64,000 nt of DNA from Cetorhinus maximus (Eukaryota): assembly GCF_964194155.1 (NCBI RefSeq), contig NC_135880.1, forward strand, positions 216,132,001 through 216,196,000, read 5' to 3'. Of the stretch, positions 12,916-24,137 are shown one piece after another (positions within the stretch are counted from its first letter, which is position 1; each line of letters begins with the position of its first letter). The translations under genes were made by a program, and so were the position numbers. The notes under the pieces were generated by a model, which saw only the letters and a list, made by a program, of their open reading frames with translations, did no database searches and was not told where the DNA came from.

Positions 12916-13818
12916 AATGTACCATTTTCTCTTTCATTATTTTATGAAGTCATTTTATGATAATGTGCTTTCTGAAGATACAATTTCTCATTTTTCTTTT
13001 TCTGGATGGATTTTAAAAAGCTGGGACCCTGTACAGACATTGGGAAAATTGTCCAGACTGCTGCAACACCAACTTTTGTATTCCACCAAGACAGATACTC
13101 AATCCTCTGAGGAGCATGAAAGACCCCATCCCCTGTTGATTCACTCCATCCTGAGACATCTCAGATGGCTCTGAGATGAGACATCAAAATGCAATTACAT
13201 GTTCTGCAGCAGAAATGAGCTAGTAGAATTTTTCTGGAGTATACAGTCAGTGAGGCACTTCAAAGACCCCTTACCAAGCAAGAGAGGGAGGAAAAAAAAA
13301 GACAATGCTGGACTAAACACAGCGGATTGAAGCTGTGTTTCCTCTCTCTTTCTCTTGGAAGTGCTATGTCCAGTTTGCAAAATGACCATCCTGAGCAGAG
13401 AAACCAACTGCAAACCCCGAGCTCTTTTAAAACAAATGTGGAAATTTGCACCATACAGCGAAACCGAGGAGGACAGCTGAACAAAACGGCCGCGACGTTA
13501 AACCACCACATTGAGACCAGCCAAGGAAAAGCTAACCGTATCCTCCTTAGTTTTACCTTTCATGAACTGTAAAAATCCTATAAACCTATCCACTTTCTCT
13601 GCCACCTGTACTGATGTGTGTGTGTGGACCCAGATGAATGTGCGTGGCCATATGAATGGCAGGCATGTTTTACCTAGTCTTTTTAGCTCGGGAACTAGTT
13701 TCAACAAACTTATCTTGTTATTTAAAAGCAAAAAAACTGTGGATGCTGGATATCCAAAACAAAAACAAAAATACCTGGAAAAACTCAGCAGGTCTGGCAG
13801 CATCTGCGGAGAGGAACA

Positions 13819-13859
13819 CAGTTAACGTTTCGAGTCCGTATGACTCTTCAACAGAACTA
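13819..13859 (-). ncRNA. Minimal hammerhead motif, CUGUUGA variant, perfect stems
   Basis: Reverse complement reads tagtt-CTGTTGA-a-gagtc-atacg-gactc-GAAA-cgtt-aactg. Confidence 0.7.
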
Positions 13860-16800
13860 AGTAAAAATAGAAGAGAGGTGAAATATAAACTGGTTTAAGG
13901 GAGGGTGGGACAAGTAGAGCTGGATAGAGGGCCAGTGATAGGTGGAGATAGCCAAAATATGTCATAGACAAAAGGACAAAGAGGTGTTGAAGGTGGTGAT
14001 ATTATCTAAGGAATGAGCTAATTAAGGGTAGAAAGCAGGACAAGCAAGGTGCAGATAGCCCTAGTGGGGGTGGGGTGGGGCGAAGGAATCGAAAAAGGCT
14101 AAAAGGTAGGGATAAAACAATGGATGGAAATACATTTAAAAATAATGGAAATAGGTGGGAAAAGAAAAATCTATATAAATTATTGGAAAAAAAAGGGGGG
14201 GATCGGAAAGGGAGTAGGGATGGAGAAGAGAGTTCATGATCTAAAATTGTTAAACTCAATATTTAGTCCGGAAGGCTGTAAAGTGCCTAGTCGGAAGATG
14301 AGGTACTGTTCCTCCAGTTTGCGTTGAGCTTCACTGGAACAATGCAGCAGGCCAAGGACGGACATGTGGACATGAGAGCAGGGTGGAGTGTTGAAATGGC
14401 AAGCAACAGGGAGGTCTGGGTAATGATTGCGGACAGACCGAAGGTGTTCTGCAAAGCGGTCACCCAGTCTGCGTTTGGTCTCTCCAATGTAGAGGAAACC
14501 GCATTGGGAGCAACGAATGCAGTAGACTAAATTGAGGGAAGTGCAAGTGAAATGCTGCTTCACTTGAAAGGAGCGTTTGGGCCCTTGGACGGTGAGGAGA
14601 GGGGAAGTAAAGGAGCAGGTGTTCCACTTCCATTTGCATGGGAAGGTGCTGTGGGAGGGGGTTGAAGTGTAGGGAGTGATGGAGGAGTGGACCAGGGTGC
14701 CCCGGAGGGAACGATCCCTGTGGAATGCCACCGGGGGGGGTGAAGGGAAGATGTGTTTGGTGGTGGCATCATGCTGGAGTTGGCGGAAATGGCGGAGGAT
14801 GATCAGTCGCCCAGTTTACGTTTGGTCTCTCCAATGTAGAGGAGACCGCATTGGGAGCAACGATTGCAGTAGACTAAGTTAGGGGAAATGCAAGTGAAAT
14901 GCTGCTTCACTTGAAAGGAGTGTTTGGGCCCTTGGACGGTGAGGAGAGAGGAAGTGAAGGGGCAGGTGTTGCATCTTCTGTGTGGGCATGGGGAGGTGTC
15001 ATAGGTGGGGGTTGAGGAGTAGGGGGTGATGGAGGAGTGGACCAGGGTGTCCCGGAGGGAATGATCCCTACGGAATGCAGTCAAGGGGGGTGAAGGGAAG
15101 ATGTGTTTGGTGGTGGCATCATGCTGGAGTTGGCGGAAATGGCGGAGGATGATCCTTTGAATGCGGAGGCTGGTGGGGTGATAAGTGAGGACAAGGGGGA
15201 CCCTATCATGTTTCTGGGAGGGAGGAGAAGGCGTGAGGGCGGATGCGCGGGAGATGGGCCGGACACGTTTGAGGGCCCTGTCAACGACCGTGGGTGGAAA
15301 ACCTTGGTTAAGGAAGAAGGAGGACATGTCAGAGGAACTGTTTTTGAAGGTAGCATCATCAGAACAGATGCGATGGAGGCGAAGGAACTGAGCGAATGGG
15401 ATGGAGTCCTTACAGGAAGCGGGGTGTGAGGAGCTATAGTCGAGGTAGCTGTGGGAGTCGGTAGGCTTGTAATGGATATTGGTGGACAGTCTATCACCAG
15501 AAATTGAGACTGAGAGGTCAAGGAAGGGAAAGGAAGTGTCAGAGATGGACCATGTGAAAATGATGGAGGGGTGGAAATTGGAAGCAAAATTAATAAATTT
15601 TTCCAGGTTCAGATGAGAGCATGAAGCAGCACCGAAGTAATCATCGATGTACCGGAGAAAGAGTTGTGGGAGGGGGCCTGAGTAGGACTGGAACAAGGAA
15701 TGTTCCACATACCCCATAAAGAGACAGGCATAGCTGGGGCTCATGCGGGTACCCATAGCCACACCTTTTATTTGGAGGAAGTGAGAGGAGTTTAAGGAGA
15801 AATTGTTCAGTGTGAGAACAAGTTCAGCCAGACGAAGGAGAGTAGTGGTGGTTGGGGATTGTTCGGGCCTCTGTTCAAGGAAGAAGCAGAGAGCCATCAG
15901 ACCATCCCGGTGGGGGATGGAGGTGTAGAGGGATTGGACGTCCATGGTGAAGAGGAGGCGGTTGGGGCCAGGGAACTGGAATTTGTTGACATGATGTAGG
16001 GTGTCAGAGGAATCACGGATGTAGGTGGGAAGGAACTGGACAAAGGGAGAGAGAAGGGAGTCAAGATAGCAAGAAATGAGTTCCGTGGGGCAGGAACAGG
16101 CTGACACGATCAGTCTGCCGGGACAGACCTGTTTGTGGATTTTGGGTAGGAGATAGAAGAGGGCCATCCGAGGTTGGGAGACTATCAGGTTGGAAGCTGT
16201 GGAAGGAAGATCTCCAGAGGAGATGAGGTCAGTAACAGCCCTGGAAACAATGGCTTGATGTTCAGTGGTGGTGTCATGGTCCAGGGAGAGGTAGGAGGAA
16301 TGTCTGCAAGTTGACGCTCAGCCTCTGCGAGGTAGAGGTCAGTGCGCCAGACAACAACAGCACCACCCTTGTCAGTGGGTTTGATGACAATGTTGGGGTT
16401 GGACCTGAGAGAACGGAGTGCAGCACGTTCAGAGAGAGACAGGTTAGAGTGGGTGAGAGGAGCAGAGAAATTGAGACGACTAATGTCACGCCAACAGTTC
16501 TCAATGAAAAGATCAAGAGAAGGTAAGAATCCAGAGGGAGGGGTCCTGGTAGAGGGAGAATATTGGAGGTGGGTAAAAAGATCCATTGAACCGGAAGAGG
16601 ATTCCTGCCCAAAGAAGCGAGCATGGAGATAAAGGTGGCAGAAGAAGAGTTCAGCATCATGCCGATCCCGAAATTCATTGAGATGAGGGCGTAAGGGTAT
16701 GAAACTAAGTCCTTTGCTGAGCACTGAACGTTCAGCATCGGAGAAGGGAAGGTTAGGGGGTATGGTGAATACACGGCCGGGGCTGGGATTGGAAGACGGG

Positions 16801-17895
16801 ATGGGGACAGAGGCTCAGGCAGGGGTGGAGGATCCTGGATGGGTGTTGGTGTCGATGAGTTGTTGGAGCTTGCGTTCCTTAGCACCTGAAAGAAAGAGAC
16901 AAAGTTTCTTGCTGAGGCAACGGATGAGACGAAGAATAAAATGAAACTGGGGGCACGCGCAGCTTAGAAAAAGAGTGAGGTGGTGCTGCTGGAGGGAGAG
17001 GTCAAGTGTGTTCATATGGCGGCGCATGGCACTGATTGTGGATCTCAGAAAGCGACGAGGACAGCAGTCCGAGGAGCGTTGTATGTCCCGGAGATACCTG
17101 TAATCCTGGGTGGGTTTGAAACATGAGGGATGGAACTTCAGTTGAAATCCATGTGGGGTAAGTCAGAGATGGAAGTCAAACACTCCTTTCAAGTGAAGCA
17201 GCATTTCACTTGCACTTCCCTCAATTTAGTCTACTGCATTCGTTGCTCCCAATGCGGTTTCCTCTACATTGGATAGACCAAACGCAGACTGGGTGACCAC
17301 TTTGCAGAACACCTTCGGTCTGTCCGCAAGCATTACCCAGACCTCCCTGTCGCTTGCCATTTCAACACTCCACCCTGCTCTCATGCCCACATGTCCGTCC
17401 TTGGCCTGCTGCATTGTTCCAGTGAAACTCAACGCAAACTGGAGGAACAGCACCTCATCTTCCGACTAGGCACTTTACAGCCTTCCGGACTGAATATTGA
17501 GTTCAACAATTTTAGATCATGAACTCTCTCCTCCATCCCCACTCCCTTTCTGATCCCCCGCTTTTTTTCCAATACTTTATACAGATTTTTCTTTTCCCAC
17601 CTATTTCCATTTTTTTTTAATGTATTTCCATCCATTGTTTTATCTCTACCTTTTAGCCTTTTTCGATTCCTTCACCCCACCCCACCCCCACTAGAGCTAT
17701 CTGCACCTTGCTTGTCCTGCTTTCTACCCTCAATTAGCACATTCCTTAGATAATATCACCACCTTCAACACCTCTTTGTCCTTTTGTCTATAACCTCTTT
17801 TGGTTATCTCCACCTATCACTGGCCCTCTATCCAGCTCTACTTGTCCCACCCTCCCTTAAACCAGCTTATATTTCACCTCTCTTCTATTTTTACT

Positions 17896-17936
17896 TAGTT
17901 CTGTTGAAGAGTCATACGGACTCGAAACGTTAACTG
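17896..17936 (+). ncRNA. Minimal hammerhead motif, CUGUUGA variant, perfect stems
   Basis: tagtt-CTGTTGA-a-gagtc-atacg-gactc-GAAA-cgtt-aactg. Confidence 0.7.
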
Positions 17937-18527
17937 TGTTCCTCTCCGCAGATGCTGCCAGACCTGCTGAGTTTTTCCAGGTATTTTTATTTTTGTATTT
18001 TTATCTTGTTATTTGTTTAACTTAAGCAAACCTGTCTGAATAATTCTTTACAACCTCGAAGTGTAAATAGTGGGGCTCTTACATAATCGGTGAAGCACAT
18101 CCTCTCTAAATTCCCTAAAAGACCCTGTTGCAGTCAAACATGGAGTGGGAGAATAGGGGAGTTATTTCACTCCTCCTCACGTGATCATAACAATGAAAAC
18201 ACCCCCCTGAGCTTTATTGTCTTTTTTCTTAAACATTTCCAATGCACTAACTTGCAAGCTCATCGCCACCACTATATTTTCACTGTATTGAAATCTAACC
18301 CCATGGGCAATATCTCATTCTCATCCTTTCCTGGGACCTTGAAATGATAGAACTGTTTACCACCCTTATCCTTTCCTTCCATCTGCAATCACAAGCTTTT
18401 AAACTCAGATTTGGTGTTGGTTGACTGTTGCTTTAATTTAATTTATCTTCTCATTTACTGTTTCATCCTTGTGCTGCTCAGCAAATAAAGGTTTTGGTTC
18501 TTTATCTTGATTTATCAATAAGTTCCA

Positions 18528-18880
18528 GGGGAGGCAGTGGCACAGTGGTATTGCCACTGGAATAGACCTCGGGTAATGCGTCTGGGGACCAGGTTTTGAA
18601 TCCCACCACAGAATTCAGTTAAAAATAAAACCTGATGGTGATGGCCACAAAACGGTTGTTGTAAACAACCCATCAGGTTCACTTATGTTCTTTAGGGAAG
18701 GAAGGATATCTGCTGCCCTTACCTGGTCTGGCCTACATGTGACTCCAGACCCACAGCAATGTGGTTGACTCTGAAATGGCCTAGCAAGCCACTCAGTTCT
18801 CAAGGGCAGTTAGGGATGGGCAATAAATGCTGGCCTAGCCAGTGATGCCCCCATCCCATTAATGAATAATAAAAAAAAAA
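18528..18880 (+). mobile_element. tRNA-derived SINE with LINE-derived 3' tail
   Basis: A-box-like tggcacagtgg, B-box-like ggttttgaatccc, central domain shared with 37569-37885, tail as in the LINE at 5830-5900, poly(A). Confidence 0.85.
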
Positions 18881-20215
18881 GTTTGCTGTAGAAGCAACGC
18901 TGCCATTTTCAGCATTCCAAATTCTGAAGGCTCCCAATTTAGGACAGCAATTTATGAACCTGACAGTTAAAGTGACTGTCATTGCATTCCACATATTTCC
19001 CTTATACAGATACGAAGCTTAAGGCAGTGAGTAATGTAACCATATTTATTGGAAAGATCCCTGCTTCCGTCAATAACATCTGGTAAATTAGCACAATGAG
19101 ATGACAGTAGTTCATTGCAATCAGCCTACTGTAGCGCCAATAGCAGTACAGTCAACACCTTCTGGAGAGGAGGGGATGGGAGAAAAAAACAACACAGGGC
19201 CATTTCTCCTCTGAGACATGGTTTAAATCCATCTAGACATAGTACAAAACTGGTTTAATTTTGTATTAATTGCCATTACATTGAAAATCTGCTCATAGAG
19301 ACTGCAGAATGGCTTGGGTAGCCAATGGAAAATGTTAATACAGGGTGCTTTCTTGAAACTGGTGTTAAGACATTTTGTTGAGGTACTGTAAAGAAAGCTT
19401 TATTTTGCATCTAATTATGTTAAACCTGATTTGAATGTACTTGATGTTGACTTATAGTTACTGCAATGGGAATGTGTTCCACTAACATTTCCCATCTGAT
19501 TAAATATCTTTCCAGACAATTCACCAGGTGGCAATGGCCTTTCACCAGTCTATTACCATAGAAACTATTTTGTCTCATTCAAATATACAGTGAGGTTTGA
19601 ATGCGTGTTAAACCAATGATGTGATAATGTTATTTAATGTTGCTATTTGATAATGTCATCTGAGATCTGTCTGCATTGTGAAGGAAATAACTTCCACAGT
19701 TAGTCACTCTATCCGGTTTAGCAGTTCATGACATAATAGCTTCATCTTTAAATGTTTTGATTATACTAGAGCTTCTGAAGTTCAGCTTTGGCTTCTGTAC
19801 AACTCAGAGGTCTAAAAACAAAGTCTAATCTGAACTTTGGATTTTCTGAATTAATTCTGGGTGCCAAAGATAAAGTTGGTAAAATGATACTATAGTTAAA
19901 ACTATTGCACCAATAGGATAAACATCACCATAGAGTATAAACCATGCATTTTCACATCAAGAATGCTGGTTTCATTTCACTGATTTCAGAATGATCAAAG
20001 ATGCAAACATATGTGTGGATATCTGGCACTGATCATGATTAATGTTGTAGGGGATATCCTTTGGTGCAGAATAAGCATATCAGCTTGTTTTAACCAAATC
20101 ACCTGATTGATGTGTATCTCTTGTGATCTAATGAACTTCTTGGTTCAGTAACCGAAACACGTAGTTAAATACCATTATTGGAAAACTTGTATCAGTACTG
20201 CTACCCGACACAGAT

Positions 20216-20995
20216 GGGCCAGAACTTTCTGGGGCATGTAAGGGCATTTTCCATTAGTTAGACTTGCCCTTGCATGTTCTGATTTATAAATGCTTTGCTT
20301 GGCAAGTTGCTAAAGGTGCAAGCTGATAACATTGCAGCGAGAGACACCGGTCATCTGAGAACTGAGTGAATAGGGCAAGCAACTCTATATCTTCTTAACC
20401 AATCAGATTGAAGGATTGTGAAATTGACAGCGCAAGAACTGAGACAGAAGTCTAAGTTGCAGTGGGTGAATTCAATGTTCAATCAGAAAAATTCAATAAA
20501 TGGAGAGAAAATGTTTAGATAAAAGAGAGAAGAGAAGAAAGGAAAAGTAGAAAGAAATACATTTAGATTTTTTAAAATCTCCAACAAAAATTAAAACCTG
20601 AAGGAATGAGACTTCATACATTTGACAGTTAATTGTTAGTGTCAGAGATTGATTGGGCATAATTAATACATCATTTACTAAAAGGGCACTTAAACAAAAA
20701 TGGGACAGACTTAACATTCTGTGGTGAGTTATTTTGTATCAACTGTGCTAATAGAGCAACTTCTTGCTGTTCAATGGTGAGGCAGGCAGCAAACATGCTG
20801 TTTTTGCAAAGCTAACAGCGGAACAGCACATCTCTGATAGCAACTGTTGGATTTCCATGTTTAACCCAGCATATGCTTCACCTGAAGTTGCTGTATCATT
20901 TGCCTATGCAATACTCAACAATCTTGAGTGCATATAAATAACGGCGAGTGTCATTAGCCTCACAGCTATTAGGGACCAATGACATACTCATATGC
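20216..20995. mobile_element. Old non-autonomous element related to 49689-51865
   Basis: Starts gggccagaactttt; shares ccaatca(g/c)attgaag(g/t)att and downstream blocks with 49860-50125; right boundary uncertain. Confidence 0.4.
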
Positions 20996-21479
20996 TATAG
21001 AGATGAACAAACAAGCTTAGCAATGAGGTCAGGGGAGATGCTTAAAATACAGCCTATGGGGTAGAGAACTTGGCTGACACATCACATTCCAACACGCTGT
21101 GTACTGTGATTGAAATCTGATGACGCACAATTTCTGCTGTGTCAGTCCAGAATAATGCTCAGATATTTGACTTACAGTTAATGAAGCTGGCCATTACTGT
21201 TGCAGTTTCCTACTTAGTTAGGCCATGTCAATTTTAGCTTTCCTGCTTTCATTTTTCCTTCTTGGAAATTACATCAGCCACAGCTGAGAGGATGGTTAGC
21301 AGCCTGTTCCCAAATCTGTGTCAGTGTCACTTGGATTCAGTTGCTAGGAGACGGGCAAGAGCAGCCCAAAGATTCTTCCTTCGCCATCCTGAAATCATCG
21401 GATGCTGTTGACAACATAGGAGGCTCGGGTTCCAATTTCAAATGTTATTATACATCATCGGAACACCATGTTTGTTTTA

Positions 21480-21925
21480 AACAAAAACAACTTGCATGTA
21501 TATAGTAATAGCACAATAAAACATCTTAAGGTGTTTTACAAATGTTATCAAACAGATTTTGGCACTAAACCACATAAGGAGATATGAGGCAAGATGACCA
21601 AAAGCTTGGTCTAAAAGGTAAGTTTTAAGGAGTGTCTTAAAGGAGCAGAGAGATTTAGAGAGGTTTAGAAAGGAATTCCAGAGTTTACAGCCTTGGCAGC
21701 TCGAGGCACGGACCCCAATGGTGGAGCCATTAAAATCGGGAATGCTCAAGAGGCCAAAATTGGCAGAGCGCAGAGATCTTAGGTGGCTTTAGGGCTGGAC
21801 ATCACAGACACGGGGAGAGGTGAGGCCATGGAGAGATTTGAAAACAAGGATGAGAATTTTTTAAAATCAAGCTGTTGCTTAACCAGGAGCCAATGTAGGT
21901 CAGTAAGCCCAGGGGTGATGGGGAC
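21480..21925 (-). mobile_element. L2-type LINE 3' fragment
   Basis: Minus-strand LHWL and KLWNS...SFKTLLKTYLLDQAF motifs typical of the L2 ORF2 end; similar copy at 56455-56835. Confidence 0.75.
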
Positions 21926-22046
21926 GAACACACGCCCCATGACAACCTTCAGGACCAAACTGTCCATCCTGAGCCTAATCATTATTTTCTTTTTTTAAAT
22001 TTCAGTATGCCATGCATTATTCCCTTGCCATAACATGATTACATGG

Positions 22047-24137
22047 AACAAAAACAAAAATACCTGGAAAAACTCAGCAGGTCTGACAGCATCTGCGGAG
22101 AGGGATACAGTTAACGTTTCGAGTCCATATGACCCTTCATCAGAACTAAAAAATATAGAAAGATGAAATATAAGCTGGTAAAGGGGGGTGGGAGGGACAG
22201 GTAGAGCTTGATAGGGGGCCAGTGATAGGTGGAGGCCAAGAAGAGACTGCCAAAGATGTCATAGACAAAAGGACAAAGGGGTGTTGACGGTGGTGATATT
22301 ATCTAAAGGATGTGCTAATGGGGACATTAAAGGTAGCAAGCAGGACAAGCTAGTGGCAGATGGCCCTAGTGGGGCTGGGGTGGGGGGAAGGGAATGAAAT
22401 GGGCTAAAAGGTGGAGATGAAACAATAGATCGAAATAAATTTAAAAATAAGTGGGAAAAGAAAAATATATTTGTTTAAAAATTATAAATTATTGACAAAA
22501 GGGGGATCGGAAAGGAGGTGGGGATGAAGGAGAGAGTTCATGATCTGAAATTGTTGAACTCAATATTAAGTCTGGAAGGCTGTAAAGTGCCTAGTCGGAA
22601 GATGAGGTGCTGTTCTTCCAGTTTACGTTGAGCTTCACTGGAACATTGCAACAGGCAACAAGGACATGTGAACATGAGAGCAGGGTGGTGTGTTGAAATT
22701 GCAAGCGACAGGGAGATCTGGGTCATGTTTGCAGACAGACCGAAGGTGTTCCGCAAAGCGGTCACCCAGTCTGCGTTTGGTCTCTCCAATGTAGAGGAGA
22801 CCGCATTGGGAGCAGCGAATGCAGTAGACTAAATTGAGGGAAGTGCAAGTGAAGCGCTGCTTCACTTGAAAGGAGTGTTTGGGCCCTTGGACAGTGAGGA
22901 GAGGGGGATTAAAGGGGCAAGTGCTGTGGTTGCATGGGAAGGTGCCGTTGGAGGGGGTTGAGGTGTTGGGGATGATGGACCAGGTGTCCCGGAGGGAACG
23001 ATCCCTGCGGAAAGCCGCCAGGGGGGGTGAAGGGAAGATGTGTTTGGTGGTGGCATCATGTTGGAGTTGGCAGAAATGGCAGAGGATAATCCTTTGAACG
23101 CAGAGGCTGGTGGGATGATAAGTGAGGACAAGGGGGACCCTATCATGGTTCTGGGAGGGAGAGGAAGGTGTAAGGCCGGATGCGCAGGAGATGGGCCAGA
23201 CACGGTTGAGGACCCTGTCAACCACAGTGGGTGGAAAACCTCGGTTAAGGAAGAAGGAAGACATGTCAGAGGAACTGTTTTTGAAAGTGGCATCATCAGA
23301 GCAGATGCGACAGAGGCGAAGGAACTGAGAGAATTGGATGGAGTCCTTACAGGAAGCGGGGTGTGAGGAGCTGTAGTCGAGGTAGCTGTGGGAGTTGGTA
23401 GGCTTGTAATGGATATTGGTGGACAGTCTATCATCAGAAATTGAGACTGAGAGGTCAAGGAAGGGAAGGGAAGTGTCAGTGATGGGCCACGTGAAAATGA
23501 TGGAGGAGTGGAAATTGGAAGCAAAATTAACAAATTTTTCCAGGTCCAGACGAGAGCATGAAGCGGCACCAAAGCAATCATCGATGTACCGGAGAAAGAG
23601 TTGTGGGAGGGGGCCGGAGTAGGACTGGAACAAGGAATGTTCCAAAAAGAGACAGGCATAACTGGGGCCCATGCGGTTACCCATAGCCACACCTTTTATT
23701 TGGAGGAAGTGAGAGGAGTTTAAGGAGAAATTGTTCAGTGAGAGATCAAGTTCAGCCAGATGGAGGAGAGTAGTGGTGGATGGGGATTGTTCGGGCCTTT
23801 GTTGGAAGGAAGACCATCCCAGTGGGGGATGGAGGTGTAGAGGGATTGGACGTCAATGGTGGAGAGGAGGCGGTTGGGGCCAGGGAACTGGAAATTGTTG
23901 ATATGATGTAGGGTGTCAGAGGAATCACGGATATAGGTGGGAAGGGACTGGACAAGGGGAGAGAGAATGGAGTCAAGATAACAAGAAATGAGTTCCGTGG
24001 GGCAGGAACAGGCTGACACGATCGGTCTGCCGGGACAGTCCTGTTAGGAGGAAGTGTCTGCGAGTTGACGCCCAGCCTCTGCGAGGTAGAGGTCAGTGTG
24101 CCAGCCAACAACAGCACCACCCTTGTCAGCGGGTATG
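22047..24137 (-). mobile_element. 5'-truncated PLE (RT, GIY-YIG, pLTR) with an internal deletion near 24045
   Basis: ORF 22635-23690 with FLRYIDDCF and YIGETKRRLGDRFAEH; 12-bp TSD atgattacatgg at 22035-22046 and 24138-24149. Confidence 0.93.
22108..22148 (-). ncRNA. Minimal type-I hammerhead ribozyme with intact canonical core
   Basis: Reverse complement reads tagtt-CTGATGA-a-gggtc-atatg-gactc-GAAA-cgtt-aactg: stem I UAGUU/AACUG, stem II GGGUC/GACUC, palindromic ACGU stem III, GUU cleavage triplet. Confidence 0.8.

Larger units (their letters stand above)
13724..18000 (-). mobile_element. Largest PLE: inverted EN+pLTR head (17177-18000, +), N-terminal/RT/EN body (-), partial tandem EN repeat and 3' pLTR
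   Basis: ORF 14803-16167 has RT motifs LFTMDVQSLYTSIPH, GVAMGTRMSPSYACLFM and FLRYIDDYF; ORF 14234-14731 is GIY-YIG; 14-bp TSD ttatcttgttattt at 13710-13723 and 18001-18014; broken ORFs indicate a defective copy. Confidence 0.95.

Noticed and set aside
14803-16167. 454-aa RT ORF as a domesticated or telomerase-like gene
   Set aside because: Part of a TSD-bounded, frameshifted, multi-copy PLE with a truncated endonuclease
19420-19495. Minus-strand MGNVSG... as a possible C11orf52 start
   Set aside because: No further similarity, and the surrounding sequence looks like a decayed interspersed repeat
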